Shown here: piece by piece, positions 26,118 through 34,866 of the stretch
Layout: every line of letters starts with the position of its first letter
Position numbering within the stretch: position 1 is the stretch's first letter
Origin: a virus
Lineage: Duplodnaviria > Caudoviricetes
Reading direction: 5' to 3' (one strand)
IMG/VR virus record: IMGVR_UViG_3300020045_007235
Span: 1-39,996 of that record
DNA: 39,996 nt
The notes under the pieces: generated by a model
Told to the model about the DNA's origin: nothing
Seen by the model: the letters and a program-made list of their open reading frames with translations, nothing else
Databases searched by the model: none
Position numbers and translations under genes: made by a program

Positions 26118-27192
26118 TAAAGCATATAAAGAATATATTGAAAAGGCAGATGCAGGCATTAGTTTCCTGGATGCAAAGATAAAGGAGAAAAAAGACCTTG
26201 ATAATGATGGTCGTGAATGGTTGTCTGGTGATGTATTAGCGGATGAAGCGAAGGCTCCTGAGTTTTTGATTAACAATATCATTGAGACTAATAGTCACGG
26301 AATAATTAGTGGATCGAGTCAGGCTTTTAAAACATTCCTGGTAGTAAAGCTTGCTCATTCTGTTTGCACTGGGATTGATTTCTTTGGTCATGATGTTTTT
26401 GAGACTGGCAAGGTGCTTTATATTTGTGGAGAGGGTAAGGGTGCTCTTGCTCGCAGGATAAAGGCTTTAAAGATCGTGGAAGGTGGTTTTAGCGACAATC
26501 TTTTCATATTGAACCAACCTATAGGGATTGATAATATTGCTTGTATGAAGTGGCTTAAGGAAGCCGTAGAGGAGATCAAACCTATGTTGGTTATTGCTGA
26601 CACCTTCAGCTCTTTAGCAACATCAACGAATGAGAATGATAACTCTGAAGTTGCAAGGACATTAAGGTTAATTAATGACTCCTGCACAGGCAATAAAACC
26701 TGTTCTCTGGTGGTGCATCACTATGGCAAGGATGCTGCTCGTGGTGTTCGTGGTGCATATGCTTTCCAGGGGAACGTTGATTATTCTATGACAATGGAGA
26801 GGATAGAAGGGACCATGAAAACAACTCTGACAAGCAACAAGATGAAAGATTCAGAATTGTTTGATGAACTCAAATTGGAGGCTCATGTTGTCGATCTTGG
26901 GATGTTACGACAGGATGGACAGCAATCTACCAGTTTGATATTAAAACTTGATGGTGATGCAGTCTCTAATGAATATGATGGTAATGGAAATGATAGCAGG
27001 GTTTATGTTGCGCTTAAAAATTTAGGAAAGGATAGTTATTCAGAGCCAGAAATAAGGGAAATAATCAGACAAGAATTTCATGATTACAGCAATCATAGAG
27101 TTCTTTTTAAGAGGATTATGGATAGCTTGATTTCAAAGAATCTCATCAAAAGTCACTATAAAAAGTTTCTGGTTGTTAGAGAAAATGTTTGA
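26104..27192 (+). CDS. RepA / AAA_25-family replicative helicase
   Basis: GSSQAFKT Walker A, VLYICGEG, LVIADT, DNSEV, LVVHHYGKD..RG.RG...GNVD. Confidence 0.85.
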   Translation: MLKPDKAYKEYIEKADAGISFLDAKIKEKKDLDNDGREWLSGDVLADEAKAPEFLINNIIETNSHGIISGSSQAFKTFLVVKLAHSVCTGIDFFGHDVFETGKVLYICGEGKGALARRIKALKIVEGGFSDNLFILNQPIGIDNIACMKWLKEAVEEIKPMLVIADTFSSLATSTNENDNSEVARTLRLINDSCTGNKTCSLVVHHYGKDAARGVRGAYAFQGNVDYSMTMERIEGTMKTTLTSNKMKDSELFDELKLEAHVVDLGMLRQDGQQSTSLILKLDGDAVSNEYDGNGNDSRVYVALKNLGKDSYSEPEIREIIRQEFHDYSNHRVLFKRIMDSLISKNLIKSHYKKFLVVRENV

Positions 27193-27504
27193 TCAATATT
27201 TTCAAAATGTTTGCAAAATGTTGATTTTGTCGTGTTACGCACAATCGCTACAGGCCACGCCATCCGTGGCTTACAGCGTTTCAATGTTTTGTTACGCCTG
27301 TAACACTTTTTTTCAAACATTTGTTTGTGTTACACCTTGTTACACTTGTTACGGAAAAACTCTGTAGGCCACGAATATCAAGGATTTCAGAGTTTAAATG
27401 TTTTTGTTACACCTGTTACACTTTTGTTACGGCGTAACGTGTAACACACATCTATCTATCTATAGATAGATGTGTTTGTTACGGTTGTTACATTTTGGTG
27501 TTAC
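27182..27504. repeat. Putative replication origin: TGTTAC iteron cluster with palindromes
   Basis: 13 exact TGTTAC/GTAACA hexamers between 27233 and 27504, a palindrome with 13-bp arms at 27446..27475, and an AT-rich tract after it. Directly follows the helicase. Confidence 0.7.
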
Positions 27505-27544
27505 AAAATAGGTTGATTTAATAGTAAAAATATAAAAATATAAT

Positions 27545-27573
27545 TTTACTTTTTTATAAAAGTATGAAACAAT
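27545..27573 (+). promoter_or_regulatory. Possible promoter overlapped by a TACTTTT-N4-AAAAGTA palindrome
   Basis: TTTACT-17 nt-AACAAT with TG at the extended -10 position. Confidence 0.4.
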
Positions 27574-27624
27574 GTACTCCACAGTTTAGAAATAGACATT
27601 CTTAACCTAACCGGAGTAATTGAA

Positions 27625-27837
27625 ATGAACGAACAAGAAAAATACTATAACAAGGTTGAAGAAATAAACGCACTTGGCTTTGGATGGGCTGTTGATTAAT
27701 GTGTAGACAGAGAAAATGTTTTTCCTTTAACAGAAGCGGATAGTAACTTTTGGCAACAAATGTATATTTGTTTGAAAGATTCTGTTTCCATGAGATTGCT
27801 TGAAGCAGGAATAATCCCTGAAGATTATAAATTATAA
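27625..27837 (+). pseudogene. 70-codon early gene interrupted by an in-frame TAA at 27697
   Basis: GGAG RBS then MNEQEKYYNKVEEINALGFGWAVD*CVDRENV...IIPEDYKL*. The frame continues to the next RBS. Confidence 0.6.
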
Positions 27838-27855
27838 TAAACTGGAGTAAATAAT

Positions 27856-28047
27856 ATTATTAAATTAAATATCGGAATAAAAACACTTGACATTATGTGT
27901 GACAAACAGGGATGGCGTATTGAGGGAACAATCATTATGAATAAGGAAAATATTGAGATAGGGCATATATCAGATGAAGATAGTTCTCGTGGCGTTATCG
28001 AGATTAAACTTGATAAAGCGTATCTTGTGAATATTTTGTGTTCATAA
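27856..28047 (+). CDS. 63-codon ORF beginning with ATT at the expected start position
   Basis: GGAG + 8 nt + ATT, the same spacing as in both neighbours. Open frame IIKLNIGIKTLDIMC...NILCS*. Confidence 0.45.
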   Translation: MIKLNIGIKTLDIMCDKQGWRIEGTIIMNKENIEIGHISDEDSSRGVIEIKLDKAYLVNILCS

Positions 28048-28082
28048 AAATTATAAAGAAACAACTAACCGGAGTAAAAATA

Positions 28083-28334
28083 ATGAAATTCAGAGTTGAT
28101 ACAAACAGTAGCTGGTATTCAAAAGAAAAAGCAGAACATCTTTTTAAGATTGGTTTTGGATTTGAGTTTGTTCCTGCTGATCTTGGTAAAAATGATCATT
28201 ACAGAAAGATATACAACAAAAATCTGTATATTGAAATTGAATCAATTGATCAATTAGTTGATCTTGGCAACAAAATTGACTGTGATTTAATCATAGATTC
28301 AAAAAACATGATTTTATTTATAGATGATGAATGA
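28083..28334 (+). CDS. Hypothetical protein
   Basis: GGAG + 8 nt + ATG; MKFRVDTNSSW... Confidence 0.65.
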   Translation: MKFRVDTNSSWYSKEKAEHLFKIGFGFEFVPADLGKNDHYRKIYNKNLYIEIESIDQLVDLGNKIDCDLIIDSKNMILFIDDE

Positions 28335-28343
28335 GGTGATGAA

Positions 28344-28499
28344 ATGAAATACTGGACATTTATAGTTCTAAGCATGGGCATGACTATTACAGTGCAAGCA
28401 TTTGGTAAGAGTGATGCAAAAAAGCATGTGATAAATCATGTTGGCCTGAAACATGATGCTGAGTTGAGATGCATCAAATGTGAACGTGAGAAGGTGTAA
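28344..28499 (+). CDS. Hypothetical protein (51 aa)
   Basis: GAGGTG RBS; MKYWTFIVLSMGMTITVQAFGK... Confidence 0.5.
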   Translation: MKYWTFIVLSMGMTITVQAFGKSDAKKHVINHVGLKHDAELRCIKCEREKV

Positions 28500-28500
28500 A

Positions 28501-28686
28501 ATGAAACCTAAAAATGAAGAAATAAGTGATTATGAAAAAAGAATTAATTATTTGGCAATGGTATTGAAGGATTTTATGGAAAATACTGGAGCAGGAGAAA
28601 TAGAGATAGAATATGATGGTCAAAAACTAAATGGATATTATTTGTATCAGGATATTTTGGACGAATTAGATATAAAGTATTGGTAA
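28501..28686 (+). CDS. Hypothetical protein
   Basis: AAGG RBS; acidic 61-aa ORF. Confidence 0.55.
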   Translation: MKPKNEEISDYEKRINYLAMVLKDFMENTGAGEIEIEYDGQKLNGYYLYQDILDELDIKYW

Positions 28687-28692
28687 GTTAAA

Positions 28693-28914
28693 ATGAAAAT
28701 GTTTTTATTGTTTTTGGCAATGTCATTTAATGTTAATGCATACACACAAGAAGAACTGACAATGTACTATGCTAGAATGAAATGGTTGCAGTACATAAAG
28801 ACTGTTCCTAGGTCGGCAATGACAGATGAGGAGTATTTGATGTTAGTTGATGCAAAACTGAAGATGATGACATATCAGATACAGTTTATTCAAAGTGTTG
28901 GTGGTACAAAATGA
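28693..28914 (+). CDS. Secreted hypothetical protein
   Basis: Signal-peptide-like MKMFLLFLAMSFNVNA. Confidence 0.55.
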   Translation: MKMFLLFLAMSFNVNAYTQEELTMYYARMKWLQYIKTVPRSAMTDEEYLMLVDAKLKMMTYQIQFIQSVGGTK

Positions 28915-29123
28915 GATATTCTTACCCTGATAAATTTATGTGTCATGATGTCGTTGAATATGATACAGAAACACTTCCATTCCATATAGGTGATGATGGT
29001 ATTGACCAGAAAATAAAATGTAAAAAATGTGGCGGCAATGTTTTTAATGTTGCTGTTGCTGAATATAGAACATCAATTAGATGTGTTGATTGTCTTTGGG
29101 AGCTGTGTGTACATGATGACTAA
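28911..29123 (+). CDS. Small zinc-ribbon protein
   Basis: CKKCGG...CVDC.WE.CVH. Confidence 0.6.
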   Translation: MRYSYPDKFMCHDVVEYDTETLPFHIGDDGIDQKIKCKKCGGNVFNVAVAEYRTSIRCVDCLWELCVHDD

Positions 29124-29493
29124 ACATAAGCATTGTGATTTAATAAAAGCCTGGGCAGATGGTGAGTCAATTCAATATTTGTCACCAGTTTATAAGAAAT
29201 GGATTGATTTCGAAGAAGGACAAACAATACTATGGAATTTAGAGAAATATAGAATAAAACCTAAATTATGGATACCAAAAAAAGAACTTTCTTTTAAGGA
29301 AATAAGTGACATAGAAAAGACTAAACTTATTGTAAAATGGGTTCATGAGTTTTGTAGTAATCCAGTATTAAGATTTGAATCAAATCCTGATTACTATAAA
29401 AATAAACATAGTATTCATATGATTTATTATTTATCACAAGAAGAAATAGAGTTATTTGATAGAATGGCTGAAGAAGAACAAATTGCAATTTGA
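29116..29493 (+). CDS. Hypothetical phage protein
   Basis: KHKHCDLIKAWADG..IQY...W.D...W....YRIKP motif common in phages. Confidence 0.65.
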   Translation: MTKHKHCDLIKAWADGESIQYLSPVYKKWIDFEEGQTILWNLEKYRIKPKLWIPKKELSFKEISDIEKTKLIVKWVHEFCSNPVLRFESNPDYYKNKHSIHMIYYLSQEEIELFDRMAEEEQIAI

Positions 29494-29572
29494 ATTGTTT
29501 TGTGTTAGTGTTGTGGTATTTATAACTATTGCAACACTCTTTCAAAGTATCGGGAAAAGTGAAATAATTTTA

Positions 29573-29833
29573 ATGGCTAATCTAAATCCAACTTCAAGAA
29601 AAGGCAAACCAAATAAAAATACAAGGGAACTTAAAGACGCCATCTTAAAATCATTCGAGATGGTTGGCGGAGAAGTTTATCTAGCAGAACAAGCAAGAGA
29701 GAATCCAGCTGCTTATATGTCTTTAATAGGAAAAGTAATTCCGAAAGAAATAAAAGCAGATGTACAAGGCGACCTTTCAATAACATCAATAACTAGAACA
29801 ATAGTCGATGCAGCTGGAAATAAAGACAGCTAG
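29573..29833 (+). CDS. terS: Terminase small subunit
   Basis: RKGKPNKNTRELKDAI...GG..YL...A..NP.AYM.LIGKVIP. Overlaps terL. Confidence 0.75.
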   Translation: MANLNPTSRKGKPNKNTRELKDAILKSFEMVGGEVYLAEQARENPAAYMSLIGKVIPKEIKADVQGDLSITSITRTIVDAAGNKDS

Positions 29834-31025
29834 AGTATTTGAACCACTCCTAAAAGACGTTCGCTTTAAAGGTGCGCGCGGTGGTCGTGGTTCTGGTAAG
29901 TCTCATTTCTTTGCTGAACTTTTGATCGATGAAAGCCTTGATTCTCATATTCGCGCTGTCTGTGGTCGAGAAGTACAGAATTCAATCAAAGACTCAAGCA
30001 AGCAGCTATTGGAAGATAAGATCAGAGCTCTAGGTGTTGAATCACTATTCAAGATTACCGATTCTGAGATCAGAGGCCCTAATGATTCGCTGTTTATCTT
30101 TAAAGGCTTGCTAGGACATACAGTTTCAAGTATCAAGTCACTAGAGGGATTTAACAGGCTTTGGATTGAAGAAGCTCAGACAGTAAGCCAAAAGTCTTTA
30201 GACTTGGCAATACCCACATTCAGAACTCCAGGAGCTCAAATATGGGCCAGTTGGAATCCTTACTCACCAGACGATCCGATTGACAAGTTCTTCCTGGAGA
30301 ACAAAGACGATCCGAACATAACAATTGTAAATGCAAACTACTATGACAATCCTTGGTTACCTGAAGAACTCAGACAGGACATGGAGCGTGACAAAAAGCG
30401 CGACCCTGAAAAGTATTCTCATGTCTGGCTTGGTGAATATCGCTCAATGTCTGAAGCTCGGGTGTTCAAGAATTGGAAAGTCGATGATTTTTCTCGTCCG
30501 CCAGGCACTGTGTACCGTCAGGGTCTTGATTTTGGTTTCGCCGTCGATCCTACTGCTTTCGTTCGCTGTAGTGTGGATGGGAACAATCTTTATATTGATT
30601 ACGAAGCTGTTATGGTGGGTTGCGAAATTGTTAATACTCCTGATCTCCTGAGACAAATTCCTGATAGTGACCATTGGTTTATCACTGCTGATAGCGCAAG
30701 ACCTGAGACAATAAGCCATTTGCAAAAGAATGGTTACCCAAAGATAACCTATTCCAAGAAAGGCTCAGGCTCAGTAAAAGAAGGCATCGAGTTTCTCAAG
30801 TCTTTTGATATAATAGTGCATCCAAGGTGTATAAATACAATCAAGGAGCTATCAAGATATTCATACAAGATAGACCCTAAAACAAACTTTATACTTCCTG
30901 AGTTCGATGATAAAGACAATCACATAATCGATGCTTTACGTTATGCTCTTGAAGGTGTTATGCGAGTCGTGACAAAGAAGCCTAAACAAACAAATATACA
31001 AATACCGGTAGGGTCATGGATGTGA
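29808..31025 (+). CDS. terL: Terminase large subunit, PBSX family (headful type)
   Basis: GGRGSGKS, REVQNSIKDS, IKSLEG..WIEEA, GLDFGF..DP, DNHIIDALRYA. Confidence 0.95.
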   Translation: MQLEIKTARVFEPLLKDVRFKGARGGRGSGKSHFFAELLIDESLDSHIRAVCGREVQNSIKDSSKQLLEDKIRALGVESLFKITDSEIRGPNDSLFIFKGLLGHTVSSIKSLEGFNRLWIEEAQTVSQKSLDLAIPTFRTPGAQIWASWNPYSPDDPIDKFFLENKDDPNITIVNANYYDNPWLPEELRQDMERDKKRDPEKYSHVWLGEYRSMSEARVFKNWKVDDFSRPPGTVYRQGLDFGFAVDPTAFVRCSVDGNNLYIDYEAVMVGCEIVNTPDLLRQIPDSDHWFITADSARPETISHLQKNGYPKITYSKKGSGSVKEGIEFLKSFDIIVHPRCINTIKELSRYSYKIDPKTNFILPEFDDKDNHIIDALRYALEGVMRVVTKKPKQTNIQIPVGSWM

Positions 31026-31276
31026 TAAGGTTTATTAAAAGATTACTGAGGAAAGATAAGGATATTTTATTTACTGCAACAAGCTCAGATGAAATAGTAG
31101 ATAGAGCAAAAGAATTAACAATAGAATTGGTTGATGGCGCTGTTTTTGTATATCAATTTGATGTGTTAAACAGTAATGTTAAGGTAAGGTATATTCATAA
31201 TCCTACTAAAGAAATGCTAAGAACAATAAAAGAATATAAAATGAAGTGCATTTACGTTAAACAAAAGGCATCTTAA
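31016..31276 (+). CDS. AT-rich hypothetical protein inserted between terL and portal
   Basis: Fills the interval exactly. Codon usage is visibly more AT-rich than in its neighbours. Confidence 0.55.
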   Translation: MDVIRFIKRLLRKDKDILFTATSSDEIVDRAKELTIELVDGAVFVYQFDVLNSNVKVRYIHNPTKEMLRTIKEYKMKCIYVKQKAS

Positions 31277-33442
31277 ATGTCAGATAAAACACTGGAAATA
31301 GCCCGTAAACGCTTCGCACAGGCAGAAGAAGCCGACCAAGAAAACAGACGTGAGCGTGTCAATGACATAAAGTTTGTGAGGCTTGGTGAGCAATGGCCAG
31401 AGTCAGTTAAACGTGATCGTGAACGTCCTGGTGCTGAGCGTCCAATGCTTACCATCAACAGGCTATTACAATTCAGGAACCAGATCGTTAATGAGATCAG
31501 ACAGAACTGCCCAAGCGTTAAATTCAGACCTGAGAACGATGAGGCAGACGTTGAGACAGCAGAAATCTATAATGGATTGTATAGACACATTCATCACACT
31601 GGTGGCGCTAAGATAGCTTATGTAACAGCAGCTGAAAACCAAGTTGATACAGGTATCGGCTATTTCAGAATATACACTGATTATTGCGATTCTGATTCAT
31701 TCGATCAGGAAATAAAATTCAAGCGCATCCTGGACTCAAATTCAGTATATTTTGATCCAAATAGCACTGAACCAGATGGCTCAGACTCAATGTTTGCGTT
31801 TGTTATTGAAGATGTTGCAAAGGATGATTTCAAGAAACTTTATCCACAAGCAGAGTGCAAAGGCTGGGATGATGATGGCTCCGGGTGGGTCAGTAAAGAT
31901 AATGTAAGAGTGGCAGACTACTTATATATAGATATAAAGACAATCACAATCTGTCAGATGCAGGACGGCTCAACGATAAATAAGAATGAATTACCAGAAG
32001 AATTCCATCCACTTATTGTTAAAGAACGCAAATCAGAAAAAAGAACATGCAAAATATGTAAGATCGGCGGCAATGAGATTCTTGAAGATTCAGAAATGCC
32101 ATGTTCTTATATCCCAGTAATTCCAGTTATAGGATCAGAAGTCTATGTTGAAGGTAAGCGCACATTATACGGTCTTACACGACCAGCAAAAGATTCTCAG
32201 CGACTCTACAACTACATGGAGACTGCCAACACTGAACTACTTGGTCTTGCACCGAGGGCGCCTTATGTCGTCGCAGCAGGGCAGATCGACGGTTATGAGA
32301 ACGAATGGCAAGCAGCTAACAGGGTTAACCTATCGGTGCTCACATATAATCCAGTCTCAGACCTAGGTACATTGCTTCCAGCTCCACGTCGTGAAATGCC
32401 TCCAGGGCAAAACCCTGGCTTTGAATCTGCAATGAACAGAGCAGCAGAAGATATCAAGGCTACAATGGGCATTTACGATGCATCTGTAGGTAATCGTGAA
32501 GGTGATCAATCAGGCAAGGCAATAAACTCTCAGATTCGTCAAGGACAGGTAGGAAACTATCACTTCCAAGATAACCTTGCGCTCTCAGTACAGCAATGCG
32601 GCAAGATAATCGCAGAGTTAATACCAACAATCTACGACACTGCTCGCATAATAAAGATACTTGGCGAAGATGGCTCACCAAAAAGCGTTAAGATTGATCC
32701 AAATGCTCCTGAAGCAGTAAACAAAACAGAAGATTCAACCATCTATAACCTGAACAAAGGAAAGTATCACGTTGTCTCTGATGTTGGGCCATCATTCGCT
32801 ACTCGCAGACAAGAAGCAGCAGAAGCACAGATTCAAATGTGTCAAGCAGACCCAACACTTATGCAAATTGCTGGCGACATTATCATAAGTAACATGGATT
32901 GGCCTGGAGCTGATGACATAGCCAAGCGCAAAAAAGCCATGTTGCCTCCACAAATTCAGGCTATCATTGATGCCGATAACGAAGAAGGACAAAAGAAGCT
33001 TGATCCTCAAGTAGAAATGCAGATGAACCAAATGGCAGATCAGGTTGAGCATTTGAGTGCAGAACTTCAATCATTACAGGCACAAGCCGAAAGCAAAGAA
33101 GAAGAGCTAGAAATAAAGCGATTCGAAGCAGAAACTAAGCGCCTGGAAGTTCAACATAAAATAGCTCTTGAGTCTACAGACCTTACACATAGACTGGCAT
33201 TAGAACAGGTTAATGCCGAATTGATGAAGCCAAACAACGGTGAATCAGAAGATGTAAGTGATGAGCAGGATGAGAAAGAAGAAGCAAAGCCACAAGAACC
33301 AACTCCACCGCATCCGGATTTGCTTAAAGCAATTAATGATTTAAAAGATACACATAGCCAAACTCAGGCTATAATAGGCGCAATTAACAAACCTAAGCGC
33401 ATTATTAGAGGCGCAGACGGAAGGCCGGAAGGCATAGAATAA
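31277..33442 (+). CDS. Portal protein (P22 gp1-like)
   Basis: 721 aa; F..GEQWP...RP.LTINR, G..R..KD.QR.YNY, SGKAI..., GPSFATRRQEA, C-terminal coiled coil. Confidence 0.92.
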   Translation: MSDKTLEIARKRFAQAEEADQENRRERVNDIKFVRLGEQWPESVKRDRERPGAERPMLTINRLLQFRNQIVNEIRQNCPSVKFRPENDEADVETAEIYNGLYRHIHHTGGAKIAYVTAAENQVDTGIGYFRIYTDYCDSDSFDQEIKFKRILDSNSVYFDPNSTEPDGSDSMFAFVIEDVAKDDFKKLYPQAECKGWDDDGSGWVSKDNVRVADYLYIDIKTITICQMQDGSTINKNELPEEFHPLIVKERKSEKRTCKICKIGGNEILEDSEMPCSYIPVIPVIGSEVYVEGKRTLYGLTRPAKDSQRLYNYMETANTELLGLAPRAPYVVAAGQIDGYENEWQAANRVNLSVLTYNPVSDLGTLLPAPRREMPPGQNPGFESAMNRAAEDIKATMGIYDASVGNREGDQSGKAINSQIRQGQVGNYHFQDNLALSVQQCGKIIAELIPTIYDTARIIKILGEDGSPKSVKIDPNAPEAVNKTEDSTIYNLNKGKYHVVSDVGPSFATRRQEAAEAQIQMCQADPTLMQIAGDIIISNMDWPGADDIAKRKKAMLPPQIQAIIDADNEEGQKKLDPQVEMQMNQMADQVEHLSAELQSLQAQAESKEEELEIKRFEAETKRLEVQHKIALESTDLTHRLALEQVNAELMKPNNGESEDVSDEQDEKEEAKPQEPTPPHPDLLKAINDLKDTHSQTQAIIGAINKPKRIIRGADGRPEGIE

Positions 33443-33464
33443 ACTCAACCACAGGACAAATGAA

Positions 33465-33860
33465 ATGGCAATAGCTTACGCAGTACCATTAAGAAACACT
33501 ATGCTTGATGCAATAACCAGTTTAGCTGGTGCATCATGTTTAATCAATATATATGATGGCACAAGACCAGCAACAGGCGGAACAGCCACAACTTTACTTG
33601 CACAGCTTACCGGTAATGCGACATTTGCACCGGCAGCTTCAGGTGGTGTTCTGACTCTTAATGCAATAACACAAGACTCAAGCGCAAACGCCACAGGAAC
33701 GGCAACATGGTTCCGTATCTATGCATCAAATGGCACGACACATGTTATGGATGGAAACGTAGGAACTTCAGGTAGTGATTTGAACTTGACGACAGTATCA
33801 ATTGTTACTGCACAACCTGTCTCTATATCTTCATTCGTGATCACTGAAGGCAATCCATAA
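33465..33860 (+). CDS. Putative structural protein (all-beta)
   Basis: LRN.MLDAI...IYDGT.PA...ANATGTATWFRI...DG.VG.SG.DL.L pattern seen in phage virion proteins. AGGA RBS. Confidence 0.65.
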   Translation: MAIAYAVPLRNTMLDAITSLAGASCLINIYDGTRPATGGTATTLLAQLTGNATFAPAASGGVLTLNAITQDSSANATGTATWFRIYASNGTTHVMDGNVGTSGSDLNLTTVSIVTAQPVSISSFVITEGNP

Positions 33861-34351
33861 TGGCTTCCTTAACTGACGCTCAACTGATAACACTGAAAGC
33901 TGCTATTCTTGCATCTGTTGATGCTGAGATTATCGCATTAAGAACGGCTCGTAATGATACAGAGCTTACCATAAAGCTTAACAGCAATGTATCTCCTGTT
34001 CAATTGGCATGGGTAAGTAATCAACTGCCACAAGATTCAGATGCCGCACCAGATTACTCACTTTACGATAGCCTATTAGCTGGTAAACGTGACTCTTGGC
34101 GTTTATTCCTGGCTTATCCTCGTGATTTCACAAAGAACAAGATTCGCAAATGGGTAACTGACGTTTGGGGAAATGCAACTGCTGGAAGCAATGCTGAGCT
34201 AGTCCTACAGGCAGCCACAAAAAGCATCACCTTCTTTGAATTGATGTTCGGTGGTACAGATGCCACAACAGGAACAGTTACAGCTAAAAAGCTAAACATT
34301 CTTGGCCCTGTAGCGATGCAAGATGTGAGCTCAGCACTCAATTTACCATAA
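33860..34351 (+). CDS. Hypothetical protein of the portal-adjacent module
   Basis: LT.AQL.TLKAAI N-terminus; coupled to the upstream gene by TAATG. Confidence 0.65.
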   Translation: MASLTDAQLITLKAAILASVDAEIIALRTARNDTELTIKLNSNVSPVQLAWVSNQLPQDSDAAPDYSLYDSLLAGKRDSWRLFLAYPRDFTKNKIRKWVTDVWGNATAGSNAELVLQAATKSITFFELMFGGTDATTGTVTAKKLNILGPVAMQDVSSALNLP

Positions 34352-34362
34352 GGCTTTAAACC

Positions 34363-34863
34363 ATGGCTAATGAATTATACTTACGCAAAGGCACATCCAA
34401 GCTAGTCAATGGTGAAGCCACTGCTGATGTAGCCTTATCAATGGAAGGCGTTACAACCGCCGCAGGTCGTGTCTCTGCACAAATAGACTGGGGTGCTGCA
34501 CCTAGACCCTATACTTACTCATGGTCATGTGAGATTCAATTCCAGGCTACTCCAACACAAGGTCTTGGGCTTGAACTGTATATTGCCTGTGCACCTGATG
34601 CAGACGCCACACAAATAGATGGTGATGTAGGCAACGCTGATGCTGCTTTAGGTGACATTGACATGAGACGTAACCTGCAACAAATAGGCTATGTTGTCAG
34701 TGAAAACGCAGCAGCATCAGAAAAATGTGTTGCTTCTGGGATCTTCGAATGTGACAAGAGATATATGTCTATTGTCGGATATAACGCCAGTGGTGCAACG
34801 GTAAACGCAACAGATAGCAACTTCAGGTTTGATATAGTTCCGGTTTACTATCAAGGACAATAA
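34363..34863 (+). CDS. Putative beta-sandwich structural protein
   Basis: 166 aa with alternating beta-strand pattern, directly before the lectin gene. Confidence 0.6.
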   Translation: MANELYLRKGTSKLVNGEATADVALSMEGVTTAAGRVSAQIDWGAAPRPYTYSWSCEIQFQATPTQGLGLELYIACAPDADATQIDGDVGNADAALGDIDMRRNLQQIGYVVSENAAASEKCVASGIFECDKRYMSIVGYNASGATVNATDSNFRFDIVPVYYQGQ

Positions 34864-34866
34864 TTC

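Noticed and set aside
27173-27367. 64-aa Cys/Tyr-rich ORF from the track
   Set aside because: The CY repeats are simply the translation of TGTTAC iterons.
27233-27504. CRISPR array
   Set aside because: The repeats are 6-mers with irregular short spacing in both orientations. There is no repeat-spacer periodicity and no cas gene.
27697-27699. Genome-wide stop-codon reassignment
   Set aside because: All large genes are intact in the standard code and TAA is the usual terminator. This is an isolated case.
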